Positions 26,991 to 40,227 of a DNA stretch of 64,000 nt are shown piece by piece; the first letter of the stretch is position 1; each line of letters begins with the position of its first letter. This DNA is from the human T2T-CHM13v2.0 reference genome, Homo sapiens: assembly GCF_009914755.1 (NCBI RefSeq), contig NC_060939.1; one strand, given 5' to 3'. Both the position numbers and the translations under genes were made by a program. Below the pieces are notes generated by a model, which searched no databases, was not told where the DNA came from, and saw nothing but the letters and a program-made list of their open reading frames with translations.

Positions 26991-29641
26991 CACCATCTCT
27001 CTAGCACTTAGTACACGGCCTGTACAGAGCAGATGCTCGGCAAGGATCTGGAGAAAGAAAGAATGAATGAATAAATAAACAAAGAAATCAGGAGCCAGAT
27101 GAAGCCTCCCCTTCTTTCCCCCTGAGCCCTGGCCCACCTGTGAGCATCTGACCTGGATCAAATGCTCCAGGTCAAAGGCGATGAGGCCCCACAGTGCTCC
27201 CTAACACATGAGTCCTTCAATTCAAGGTGGGGCTCAGGGTTGAGGCTTTGCCCTCAGGACCGAGCTCCACAGGCAGCACCAACCAGGCAGTGGGGCAACC
27301 AGGCCAGCACTGTGGAGGTCAGCAGTGAAGGGGCTTCTGGGGTCCTAGCTGGTAGGCATGGTGTATAGGGGCACCAAGAGAACATGGGCTTTTGGTTGAA
27401 GTCCTGACTCAGCCACTTGCCAAGTGTGTGAGCTGGAACAAGCTACTTAACCACTATGAGCCTCCTTGGTTACTTCCTCCTGCATATGGGATGGTAACAG
27501 CAGCCTTGCCAGGTTGTCCTGAGAATTAGAGGACACGAAGTACCTGGCCCTGGAGTGGTGAATGAGCGTGGAGATGCTGCTGCCGGAAGTAGGGTAAATG
27601 GGAAGCTGGCATTCGGACCTGCGCTTGGGGAGTGGGCTGGGTGCTGGCTTTGATTCTGGCTTGCCTGGAGATCAGTCTCCCGCCCTGAGGCCCACTGGCC
27701 CCCAGCCATGACGAGCCTGGGCATGAATTACCTTCTAGGTTTCACACGGTTCTTCCTCTCTGTGTGATACGCTGACTCTCTTTAGTCATTCAGTGCAGGA
27801 GAACTGAGCTCACAGAAGGGAGGAGTCATTGGGGGTCCTCCCTGCAAACCCCAAACTGGGACAGAAAATGCTCAGGATGTGGATGAGGAAACCTGGGCTC
27901 TGACACTTACCAGCTTCCCTGACCCTTTAAATCTTGGTTTCCCTGTCTATAAGCAGGGATCTGCAATCTGTCCCTCCTCCCACTCCGCCCCTGTGGCAAG
28001 GACATGCCGAGGAGGTGAAGGAGTATGCGACCTTGCAGGATGGAGGGAGCAGAACCTGGGACCAATAGAAAGAGGCTCTGGCTGGAGACTTCTGATTGGG
28101 GGTTTTGATAGTGAGCCTGAGAAAGGGTTGTTTATCATTAGTTAGACCTGGGAATATTATGATAAAGACGTTAATGTTCTGTAATTAAGGCTACCAGCTT
28201 GAGGCTAAATTAAATATTTACACAGCCCTCGATTATCTTCTTCCTCTCTTTTGCAACTCCCTCTCCATGCTAAAATATTTAGCAGGGATTTCAGAAGTGT
28301 TCTCAAATCCAGCTACGGTTCAGAAAGTTACTTAATAGCCAGGAAGTTTGCAAACACTGCTTTAGTAGATTCCCAGTGGCTGCTACTGTCACTGGAGCCC
28401 AGGATAATCCACATGGCTCATCAGATGGGGGTGTTAGATGGAAGCTTTTACACTTGGATTTTTACAACAGAACCAAAATAAACTGCGTAGGGTAGGTGTG
28501 AGACAAGCTGGACCCAAAGGGACTCTCTAATACAAGTGTCAGAAACTGCCCCCAAAATAACTGCACAAAAATGTTTAAGGAGGAAGAAACCCCAGCGGGA
28601 CAGGTGGCAATGAATGCAAGGTCAGCCTTTAATTCCTGAAGTGACAAGCAAGTCACTTGCCCTTTTAGGATCTTACTGTTCCTAGAATAGCTAATAGATT
28701 TCCGTGGTCCCTTCTGGTTTAATGTATGAAATGGACTAGAAGTACTCTATATTTCCCAAAAGAACAGTGGACAAAATGCCTGCTCCCCACATTATCTGAA
28801 TATTCACCATTTTTGCCTCAAAGGCACGATCCTGTAAGAGCCTCCAGATTGGCTGGTTGAAGTGAATAGGAGTCCTGTTTTGAACATTAGCTATAGGATA
28901 TATGTGGTGGTGAATTCAGAGCATATATGTTCAAGGAAGAATTATATCTATATTTAATTTTTGAAAATCTAAATGTACTCTCTGATTACTAAGAGAAGTG
29001 GTACTAAGAACCGTGTGAAACCTACTGGGTAATTCACGCCCAGGCTTGCCATGGCTGGGGGCCAGTGGGCCTCAGAGCGGGAGACAGCAACTGAGAACAC
29101 AAACTTTGGGCCAGTCCTGATTTGAGATCCAGCTGTGTGATCTTGTAGACGTCACAGCCTCAACTTTCCAATCTATAAAATGGGATGGTGATAGACATGG
29201 AGTTTGGTGAGTACCACATGAGATACTGATCCTGCAAAGCTCTTGGCACCTAGCTTGTAGCAAGAGCTTGGTAAACATTGGCTGTTATTATCACTTTAAA
29301 TCCTCTTATCAAAGTGAAGCCTTCCCTTCCCATGGAATGTTTTGTGTAAATCTGACTTCCACACCCTGAGCAGACTGGGTATGTCATAGGGTTCTTTGGC
29401 CTGCCCTGAGCTGCCCCACAGCCAGCAAGTCCAGCCCAGGCCCCAGGAGAGCAGCCAGGGAGAACTTCCTACGTCTTTTGAGCTGGGTGGGAACAGAGAA
29501 CACAGCAAGGCTTCCTCAAGCCTTTCCTGAGAACACAACTTCAAAACGTCCACACCCAGATGTTAAGAAAGCCCCAGGCCCAGTGCCAGCCCCCTCCTCC
29601 CTGGAGTCAGCACCCTGTCTCAGCCCTAGAAGAGTCCATAG

Positions 29642-30165
<524 letters not shown>

Positions 30166-30369
30166 TAAAATACCGCCCAGAGAAAGTGAGGCTTGGAGCC
30201 TGAGTTGCCTGTAAGCTCTGCACGACTGTCTGCCCCTTCCTGCATTGCACAAAGGAGAGTGCACTGAGCTAGGAAGGCTGGTGGTCCTGTGGGTGGCTGT
30301 GTGGGGAAGGGGTCAGCTACGGGTGGTGAGCTCAGGGCCTTTCCTTGCCCATAATAAAATAGCTGTCAC

Positions 30370-30685
30370 CGGCCGGGCATGGTGGCTCACGCCTGTAATC
30401 CCGGCACTTTGGGAGGCCAAGGCGGGAGGATCACTTGAGGTTAGGAGTTTGAGACCAGCCTGGCCAACATGGTGAAACCCTGTCTCTACTGAAAATACAA
30501 AAAATAAATCAGCCAGGCCTCTGGGTGAGCGCCTTTTGTCTCAGCTACTTGGGAGGCTGAGGCACGACAATCGCTTGAACCCAGGAGGCAGAGGTTGCAG
30601 TGAGCCAGGAGATCATGCCGCTGCATTCCAGCCTGGGTGACAGAGCGAGACTCTGACTCAAAAATAAATAAATAAATAAAATAAA
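30370..30685 (+). mobile_element. AluS with (TAAA)n tail
   Basis: TSD AAAATAGCTGTCACC on both sides. Confidence 0.95.
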
Positions 30686-32921
30686 ATAGCTGTCACCCTG
30701 GCTGCAGTGTAGGCTTCTTTCAAATGCAAACACTCCAGAAAGACAGTCCATGTGAGGATCCATGCTCAGGTACACCTGTGCTGGAATAGGTGCATTCAAG
30801 AGGCTTCTCTGGATGTACAAGAAATTATTATCATTATTATTTCTTCATATAAAATATTTATTGCACAAACAATATTATAACACCACCACAAATAAAAAAA
30901 AATTACAATCCCCCAAACCTAGTAAATGGGCATTGGTTTTCTTTTTACTTTTGCAATTCCCCTCCATCTCTCATTCATACATACACAATTTTCTCATAGC
31001 TGGGCTCCAGCGCAATGCAATTTGCACCGAACACCATATCATCAGCATTTCTCCACGTTGCCACAGTCTTCACTATTAGCTTTTAACATGAGCATGCTTT
31101 GCTTACCAGCGCTCTGGAGCTGGGCATTTAGGTTGCTTCAAGTTTCTGGCTATTAGACATAAGGCTGAAACTTTGTTCAAAGGGCTTTTTCATTTTTTCA
31201 GGATTATTTCCATGGGCTACGTTCTCAGGTGTGTGATTGCTGGATGAAAAGTGATGATTATTTTTGTGGCTCTTGAAAGAGACAGCCTAGTAGAGGTTTT
31301 GCTTGGGGCTTGCAGACAGTTGGTACCTTAGGGTTGAGAGGGAGATGGGGTCAGGGAAGGAGTCTCTGTGCTTGCTGGGGCAGTGGAAGTTTTGCCTGGA
31401 GTAATCCTTAAAGGACTTTAGCCCTAAAGGAGAGGCAGTGGCTTCAGGCTGAGAGCAGATCCCAGAAGCTGCCCAGAAGATGCTCGCTCCTTCCCGTTCC
31501 TCCCTGAGTGGGGACAGCTTCAGCATCTGCAGCATCCACTCACTGGGAGAGGGGGCATGGGCAACAAGGAGAAACCCAGGGAAGCAGCAAGCACTGTGTA
31601 ACTGATGGCCCGTGATTCAGACAGTAAGGGCAATTGCAATTGCTGCTGGGAAGAATCCACCACCATGGCTATTTGCTGGAGCGGCAGTAGAAGGCTCTGT
31701 GTGTCCACACATACATACATATTTATATGTCTTTGCTGTGTGCTGGGCCCAACCCAGAGAACTGTAGGAGCGAGATGGTAAGGAAGCAGCCGTGGCCTCG
31801 CCTCTCAAGGTGCCCCAAGAATCAAGCAGGCCGAGGTAGTTGGACTACCTGGGGGTCTCCGCCCTGGCTGCACATCAGAATCCCCTGGGAGCCTTAAAAG
31901 AGACGTGGGCCTCACCTCCAGAGATTTGAATTAAATAGCGTCGGATGCTAACTTGTTGCCAGGATTAAGAACCAATGGACCAGACGTTATGTTTTCTTAT
32001 TAGAGCAATTATGGATGCAGGAACAGAGACCCTCTTAAGCTAATAGGATAAAACAGAAATTACTGTGGGTGACTGGGATGCATGCAGGGGAGGGTGGGCT
32101 AACCCCCCTTCATAGAGGCCTCTATAATCACCCTCCTCCAAGCCACCCCAATTAAACCCTCCACCTAAATGAAACAGGCTGCTTCTATCCTATTGTAGCT
32201 TCAAGCCCAGCCCCCCAGTTCTCCCTTTGCAAGCAGGGGGCTGCCCAAGAGGCACCGTGGACTCTCAGCTGCTGTAAAGATATTGCCTGGGCCTGGGAAG
32301 CTGGCACCGAGACAGAGGCAACCTGGATGCTGCAAGCCTGCTGGTCCCCTCACTGCATCTTTACTTCTCTGCAAGCAGCTTTCCTCCCTAGGTCAGATGG
32401 CCCTGAAGGCCTTGCTGAGTGTTCTGGTCCTTGATGGCTACTGGCCCTCAGGAGCCCACCTGGCACAGGGCACGCCTGGGGCTTCCTTCAAGTACCGGAC
32501 ATGACAGGCCCTTGTGATCTCTCTCTCTGGCCAAGGCAGGTCACCCTCCTCCTGTCTCAGCATCTTCCCCCTGACACACACTCTCCAAAGGCCAGCTTCC
32601 CATGCTCCACCTCCCTCAATCCTGCTCTCAAGACAGGGTCACACCTGGGGATCCATGCCAGTCACAGTGTCTCCTGCCCCAAGGGGTTCTGCCTGGAAGT
32701 CTGTGCTTTCCGCATGGAATTCAAAGCTTTGTGGCTCCCTGGCAAAGGGGCTCTTAGGACCTGGGCATCAGAAGAAGGGCTGGGGCACAGATGGGGTGAG
32801 AAGGGAGAACAGGCATTTTCTCTGAGCCTATTCACCGTAAGGGACATCTTTCCATAGGGACCCCATGATGGGAAGATGTTAGAGGAAGGGGATCCAGGGT
32901 CCTTTTGAAAGGCCATGGCCA

Positions 32922-33195
32922 GGCCGGGTGCGGTGGCTTACGCCTGTAATCCCAGCACATGGGAGGCTGAGGCGGGTGGATCACTTGAAGTCAGAAGTTT
33001 GAGGCCAGCCTGACCAACATGGTGAAACCCCATCTCTACTAAAAGTACAAAAATTAGCCAGGCGTGGTGGTACCTGAGTCCCAGCTACTCAGGAGGCTGA
33101 GGCAGGAGAACCGCTTGAACCTGGGAGGCAGAGGTTGCAGTGAGCCAAGATAGTGCCATTGCACTCCAGCCTGGGTGACAGAAAGAAAAAAAAAA
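32922..33195 (+). mobile_element. AluS
   Basis: TSD GCCATGGCCAG. Confidence 0.95.
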
Positions 33196-33434
33196 GCCAT
33201 GGCCAGACTGTGAGGTGGTAGGAAAGGGAGTTAGAGGGAGGTAAGTCCCCCAACTCAATGTCCCCAGCAAGGACCCTATATGTCTTTACCCTCCTTTCTC
33301 CTCCATAACATGACCAGATAGGAGAAGATGCTATAGGAGACCCTCTCTGACACAGTGAGAAGTTGAGGGAAGGATAAAAGGAAGAAACTGACCTTGCTGG
33401 ATCCCCTTGTGCTGCCAGTGGGGGAAAGACACTG

Positions 33435-34070
33435 ATGTCGATTGAACAGTGTCCCCAAAATGTATGTCCACATCCTAACTTCCTCTACCCGTGACTGTGA
33501 TGTTGTTTGGAAAAAGGGTCTTTGCAGATGTACTTAAGCTAAGGATCTTGAGATGAGCTCATCCTGACTCCAGTGACTGCTGTTCTACAGAGACGAGAGG
33601 ACACAGACACACAGAGACAGCATGTGAAGACAGGCAAGATTGTGTGATGCTGCCACGAGCCCAGGGATGCTGGGAACCAGAAGCTGGAAGAGACAAGGAA
33701 GGATTCTCCCTCTCAGGGTTATTGTGGTGACCACAGAATGCATTTGGAAGTGGCTTTGTAAACTGCAGAGTGATAAGCCAATTCAATATTTGGAGTTGTG
33801 TTTTATCTTCCAAAGGCCTCAGTAAACATTTGTAGAACTGACCAGTGTTGGATTGGGCATGGTGTCTCTTCACAGCCATGGGCAGAGGGACCATAAACGT
33901 AGGGGGCAGGGATGGGCAGCGGTCAGAGGGAGCCATGGAAGCTTCAGAGGGAGCACAACTCTGCAATGCCCCGACTTGGGACTTCTGGCCTCCAGGACTG
34001 AGAGTAAATAGTTGTCGTTTGAAGGTGCTGTGCATGATAATTTGTCACGGCAACACTGGGAAACCACTGG
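33435..34070 (+). mobile_element. MLT1 LTR interrupted by a ~226-bp templated insertion
   Basis: ...GAAGCTGGAAGAGACAAGGAAGGATTCTCCC|insert|GCTTCAGAGGGAGC..GACTTCTGGCCTCCAG. Confidence 0.85.
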
Positions 34071-34989
34071 CAACATGGACCCCTTATCTGGATACAGTGG
34101 CAGAAAAGAAAGCTCTGCAAGAAGTTCCCGTAAAGCATGTCCTTGCCCTTAGTGCCCATTTCCTCCTCTGTCAAATGAGGCAAATACTTCCAGCCCTGAT
34201 GAGATAATGGCCTCATCAGCAGGGCAACTCTGACGGTGTGGGTGAGGCTGTTCTAGGTTTCGCGCTGCCAGGCAGCGCCTCTCTCCTAGCCTCCGTTTTC
34301 TCATCTGCCAAGTGGGGCAGTAAGCCCTGCCCTGGTGACTCCATTGCCAAGGAGAGGGGAGGCGTGAGCGGACTTATGGATTGGGGTAGAGTTGGGTGCC
34401 AGGGGGCTGAGAACACATGTGAGGGACCTGAATCTTGCCATATTAACTAAGGGCGATGGTTTCTGTAGTACCGTTTCTGCTATCCAACAAGGCCTTGTAA
34501 ACAAATATAACGTCTGGGCCCACCCAGGAGGAGCTGGTGAGTGCCTGAGGAGTAGATGGCCAGTGGGGATGGGTGAAGAACACATAGAATAGTGACATCT
34601 GATATGGCGCCCCTTGAACACACAGGCAAAGGAAGAGATGGGGCATTTTGAGTCACATGGATTGGGGTAGGACTGTTTCCCCCCAAAAAGGCTTTTTGAG
34701 TTATGTTGTAAAGATGTCAGAGGGAGACTCACATTTAAGACTGAAGCTCTCCTTCCTTCACACCCTTGCCAGGACTCCCTCTGACCACCCCAATCCCTGC
34801 CCCCCTCCGTTTGTGGTCCCTCTGCCCATTGCCATGAGGAGAGTGTCCAATCCAATATCAGTCAGTTCCACAAATGTTTACTGAGCCCTTTGGAAAATAA
34901 AACACAACTCCAAATATTAAATTTACTTAGCACTCTGCAGTTTACAGAGCACTTCCAAATGCATTCTGTGGTCACTACAATAACCCTGA
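33713..34989. repeat. Inverted duplication: arms 33713-33938 and 34769-34989
   Basis: Arms are reverse complements; about 14 mismatches + 1 indel in the best 147 bp by manual alignment. Confidence 0.95.
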
Positions 34990-36949
34990 AAGGAAAAAAA
35001 GATGATTATCTCTCACTCCACAAAAAAGAAACTGAGGGTCAGAGAAGAGAGACAACTTGTTCAAGGCCATTTGATTGGAGGTTGCCTGACTCCTGGAGCT
35101 GCTCTTCCCTGTTTCCTTGCTGCCTTGCTGTCATGTCACCTGCTGTCTCACTGGGTCATTTGGGCGTGTGCCCCTCGCACGCCTGTATCTTCCCAATTGG
35201 TGTCAGCTCGAAACCCTCTGTGGTCTGCAGTGCTCAGCCTGGCTTTCCAGGTCTGGGCAGCTCCCTCCTTCCAGATCCTGCCTGTGATTCCAGCTCCTTT
35301 CCCTTGCTGTACAAAGTTCCCACCTCTGCACTTTGCCTCACTCTTTCTTCCTGCCCACTGGTACGTATCCCAGTCCTTCCCACACTTCAGGTCTCCCTCG
35401 GCTGCACAGGAGGCTCAAATCCAGCATAGATTCCTGAAGTCCTGGGTCCAAGTTCTAGCTCTGCTACTGACTTCTTGTGACTGTGTGACCTTGGGCAGGT
35501 CACTTTCCCTCTCTGGGCCTCCATTTCATCACTATGAAATAGGAGTGTTGAACACAATACTCTAAATGCATCTCCATGTGGTCTAAGTACCCCCCTCCCC
35601 GGCCCCTCCCTGCCCTTCCCCCTCCTCTGATCATCCTGTGTGCTCACCATCCACAATCCCCTCTCCTGGCTCCACATCATTCTCCAAAGGGTTCATGTTC
35701 AATCATTCAGTTAGACTTTAAACTCCCTAAGAGCAGAGGAGGGTGATTTTGGCCAAGATATGCAGATCGATTCATCAGTAATCCACTGACCACCTCCATT
35801 TAGGTTGGGAGCCTCTTTATCTTCCCTCTTTAGTTTCTTCAAGGTGCACACACACATACCTACAGCAGGCAGGAATCCAGGTGGGGCACCAGGCATCTCT
35901 GCTCACCTTGGCTGCTGGTGGTGGGGTGCCTGCCTGTGCTTTGCATGCTGCAGCTTTGGCAGGGTGGCCAATCAGTCCAGTGCCAGCCTTTGCCTCCCAG
36001 AGAATGCTTCACACCCTATTCTTCCCCCAAACCCATCACTGGCCCAGACATCAAAAGCACACATCCCTGTGCTATTCCCCTTCAAAGAGCTTCATATCTA
36101 ATATCTCACTGAGTCCCCCGACTAGCCTTGGAAAGGCAAAGCAGGGATTATTAATCTCCATTTTGTAGATGGTGAGGGTCTTGTCCAAGGCTACTCTGAA
36201 TTCAGCATAGAGCTGGGACTGGGCTCCACTCTTGTGTCCAGTCATTCTTGTCAAACTCTGGTCTGTGGAATATACATGCCTGCCTCTGTGTAGGCCCCAG
36301 TCTCTTTCCCTTTAAGAACTTAGGTCTGAGAGGACAAGCGCATGTCGCACGCACACACACACGCACATGCATACACACCCTTACAAGATGCACAGCCACC
36401 AAAAAGCCTAATAAAGCAAGGTGCCCAAGACCACGGTTCAGGATCCGTAAAAATGGCCGGAGATAATTGACTGCAACCTATTCACTGCAAATGGGGCAAC
36501 TTGGGCCCACAAAGGGCCAGAGACTTGACCCGAGTCACAGAGTAGACTAGAGCCCAGGTCTCTGGACTCCCAGTCCTGTGCTCTCTCCACTGTGTGTGCC
36601 CTCAGCAAACAAGGCAAGGCAGGGAGGAGCAGGAGCTCAGAGAGCCTGGGGCTGAAGGGTGGGAGGAAGGAGCCTGGTGGGGGACTTCGGTCCACAGGTG
36701 TGGATGTTCCAACCTTTCTCTGGCAGGGTCGGGGTGGGGGCACCAGGTAGCTGCAACCTGTTCCTTCAGCACCTGGGAGGAGACACAGAGTCTGGTTCCC
36801 TGAAGCCAAATGTTTCTTCTTTGTCCTCTGTGTCCCTTCATCTCTTATAGCTGTGTCCACTGAGTGGCAGAGGTCCAGGCCCAGCACCTTCCAGTCTAGG
36901 AGCCTGTGACCTGGGACAGGATCCCTGGGGAAAGGGTGAGGGCTGGCAA

Positions 36950-38300
36950 AGGGCCCGCCACCCTGAGCACTCCAAGAGACAGGGGTGGAACTCACTTCAA
37001 GGATTCAGGGCGGCGAGGATCCTCTCCCACCGGCGAAGCGGACACCGCGGTGGGGCTGCGAGTACCCAGTTGTTGTTTTTTTCTCCTTCCCTGTTCTCCA
37101 CCCCATGCACTTTTCCGAGGGGCAAGCTCCGCAGTTCTCCCATCAAGGAGGCTCTCCAGGCTCCCTGCCGGCCTTCGGCTCCTGGGGTGGAGGTGGGCGT
37201 GGGGTACATGGGCCCTAGGAGAATGGGGTGTGAGAGACTCCCCTGGGCTTATGGCTTTGGTGGCACCTCAGGCTGTGGAATGGGGTGGCGAGTCTTTGGA
37301 AGTCACAGAGCCCAGGGTCGGTGGCACGTGATGAGGCGCAGGCCTGGCTCGGGGGTGGTGCCCACGGCCCTCGGCTCCTCCCCCGGGGCCGCCCCGCCCC
37401 GCGCGGGAGGGGACGGGCGGGGACCGGCATGGGTAGGCGCGGCGACCCGCAGGGCCAGGTGCAGGGCCCGCGAGTCCGGGGTCGCCGCAGCCCGGGAGGA
37501 GTGTCTGGTCTCCGGCCTGCCTGTGCTGTCCCCGCGCCCTGTCCACTGGACTCCCGAGACCCTTGGAACCCAGGTAACCCGGGGCGGGACTCCCCGCCGC
37601 GCGCCGCCTCCCCACCTCCCGGTCCACGCGCACCCGCCCTCCGCGGCAGCCCCAGCCGCCCTGCGCCCGTGGAGCCCGTTGAGCCTGGGTGGCCGCTCCG
37701 AGGGCGGGTCTGGGAAAGTTTGTGCCGGGGCGGCCCTGATCCGGCGGCGGCGCGGCTCGGCCACTTTCACCGCACGCGGGGCCGGTGTGAAGGTGGGGCG
37801 GCCGCCGCCGTGCAGAAGGCTCTCTGCTGCAATCGAGGGCGGTGAGGGGAGCTGTTGCCTTCTCGCACCTTTTCTCTCACTCTCCAGGGCGTTTGCGCCG
37901 CTTATCCTTCCTCCACCGCCCCCCTCCCGCCGCCCCCACTTTAATAAAACCCTTGGATTGGGGCTGCACAGTTGGCGATTTCTTTACACCTGTGCTTCCC
38001 GCCTCCTGAGCCCAGATGTGAGCCTGGGCTGAGCAGGACCGTGTGGGTGAGGGGCGGCCCACTGCCTGCGGGGGTCGTCCCGGCCCTGTTGAAGTGGGTG
38101 CCCAGCTACAGGGAGTTCCCCCTGCTCTGTCATTGGCCTCCCCCCGGCCACAGCCCCCAGCTGGGCATCTCCTGGCTCCCCTAGCACTTCCCAAGTCCTA
38201 GTCGGATGAGCCCAGGAGAGGGGGTGGACCCCGGCCCAGCAGAACAAGAACTCAGGAGCCCGGTAACTCTTATCCGTGAGCAGAACCGGCTTCCTCCCGC
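36950..38300. promoter_or_regulatory. PAQR5: CpG island / TATA-less promoter (PAQR5 by synteny)
   Basis: Only extended CpG-dense stretch in the window; GC box GCCCCGCCCC 37391-37400, E-box CACGTG 37325-37330; about 27 kb downstream of the GLCE end, matching recalled GLCE-PAQR5 spacing. Confidence 0.85.
37429..37573 (+). other. PAQR5: PAQR5 non-coding exon 1 (TSS approximate)
   Basis: Donor CAG|GTAACC at 37573/37574 just downstream of GC boxes; gene identity from synteny, not from coding sequence. Confidence 0.65.
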
Positions 38301-38795
38301 TTAGGTTGGGAGGAGGGCTCAGCTTAGTGGGAGTCGGGGGTGACAACTGCCCCTTCCCACGCAGAGCCATAGAGAAGAGATGGGGAGAGGTCAGGGGATC
38401 TGAGAAGAGCTAGCAGCCAAAAAGGGACACATCCCCTGATTTCATCTGAACCTAACAAACCAATGGCGAGTAGATATTAACACATGGGCAGATGAGAAGA
38501 CAAGGAGGCCCAACAAAGCTCAGCCATTTGCTGGAGAAACTGGTGGACTTTTCTCCACCACTGAGTGGCGGGTTTCCCACCGCATCCTTCCAGAGCTGCA
38601 TGGTCGCTTCTGCATTCTTGCAGTGCCCTTGACTCAGCAGAGGTTTGTTTCTTTTACCCCACTCCCCACCCCCCTAGGTTCTGCCTGTGAAAGAGGTTCA
38701 GGGGAGAGGGCACCTCCAAGCAGACACAAACTCCAGTCAGTAAGGTCCTCCAAGAGCCAGCCAGAGCCTTGCTAAGCTCCCAGAACTGCAGGAGG

Positions 38796-38841
38796 GCAGG
38801 GACCTGCTTTGTTCCCTGCAGGGACCTGCTTTGTTCCCTGC
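38796..38841. repeat. 22-bp perfect tandem duplication
   Basis: GCAGGGACCTGCTTTGTTCCCT x2. Confidence 0.95.
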
Positions 38842-39076
38842 CGTAGCAATAGTACCTGGCACACGGAAGGTGCTCTGCGAGAATGGAATGATTAGCCTGC
38901 AACAGCAAAGCTTCTTTTCCAACTGCCTTATCTCTGCCCTTGGCAAGCAGAAAGGGCACTCTGAAAAGTTGGATCAGAAAGGTGTCCAGCCCCACCACTG
39001 AGATCCCTTGGCACCCTTACCCACGTGGGGCAACATTTTCCCCTTACACCAAGAGTACATCCTTAATCCCGTATGC

Positions 39077-39752
<676 letters not shown>

Positions 39753-40227
39753 TGAGGCAGAGCAACTTTGTCCCTTTACGTAGAATTCTTATGCATCCCT
39801 CTGGGGGTAAGAATTGGAATTGGAATTATTTGGAAACTTTAATCTTCATTGTCTCCTCTCTCTCCTTACCACTCCATGGGGCAGCTATGTATTGAGGGAA
39901 GAGAAGGTGCTTTTCTGGGCCTCAATTTCCTCATCTGTAAAATGAGAGCAACAGACCCTGTGTGGTTTTAGGAGATAGTAAGTGGTTCCAAAGGACTCTG
40001 TGGGCTGCAAATCAAACTGTAAGAGCGGATTGTTATTTTCTCATGTGTATTAGCCTGACCTCCCTGGTTGGCGGTAAGTCCTTTCTCAGCATCTTGGCAT
40101 CCCTCATTCATCCTGAGTACACAGAAGGTTTACAAGACATGTTTTCAAAAATGATCCGTACAGGAAGAGAAAAATTGTGAATTCATAAGAAATGGGGGGA
40201 GATTTTTTTTTTTTTTTTTTAGCACAG

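Noticed and set aside
37070-38032. 320-aa and overlapping ORFs in the CpG island
   Set aside because: Stop-codon depletion in GC-rich DNA; no similarity to the PAQR 7-TM family
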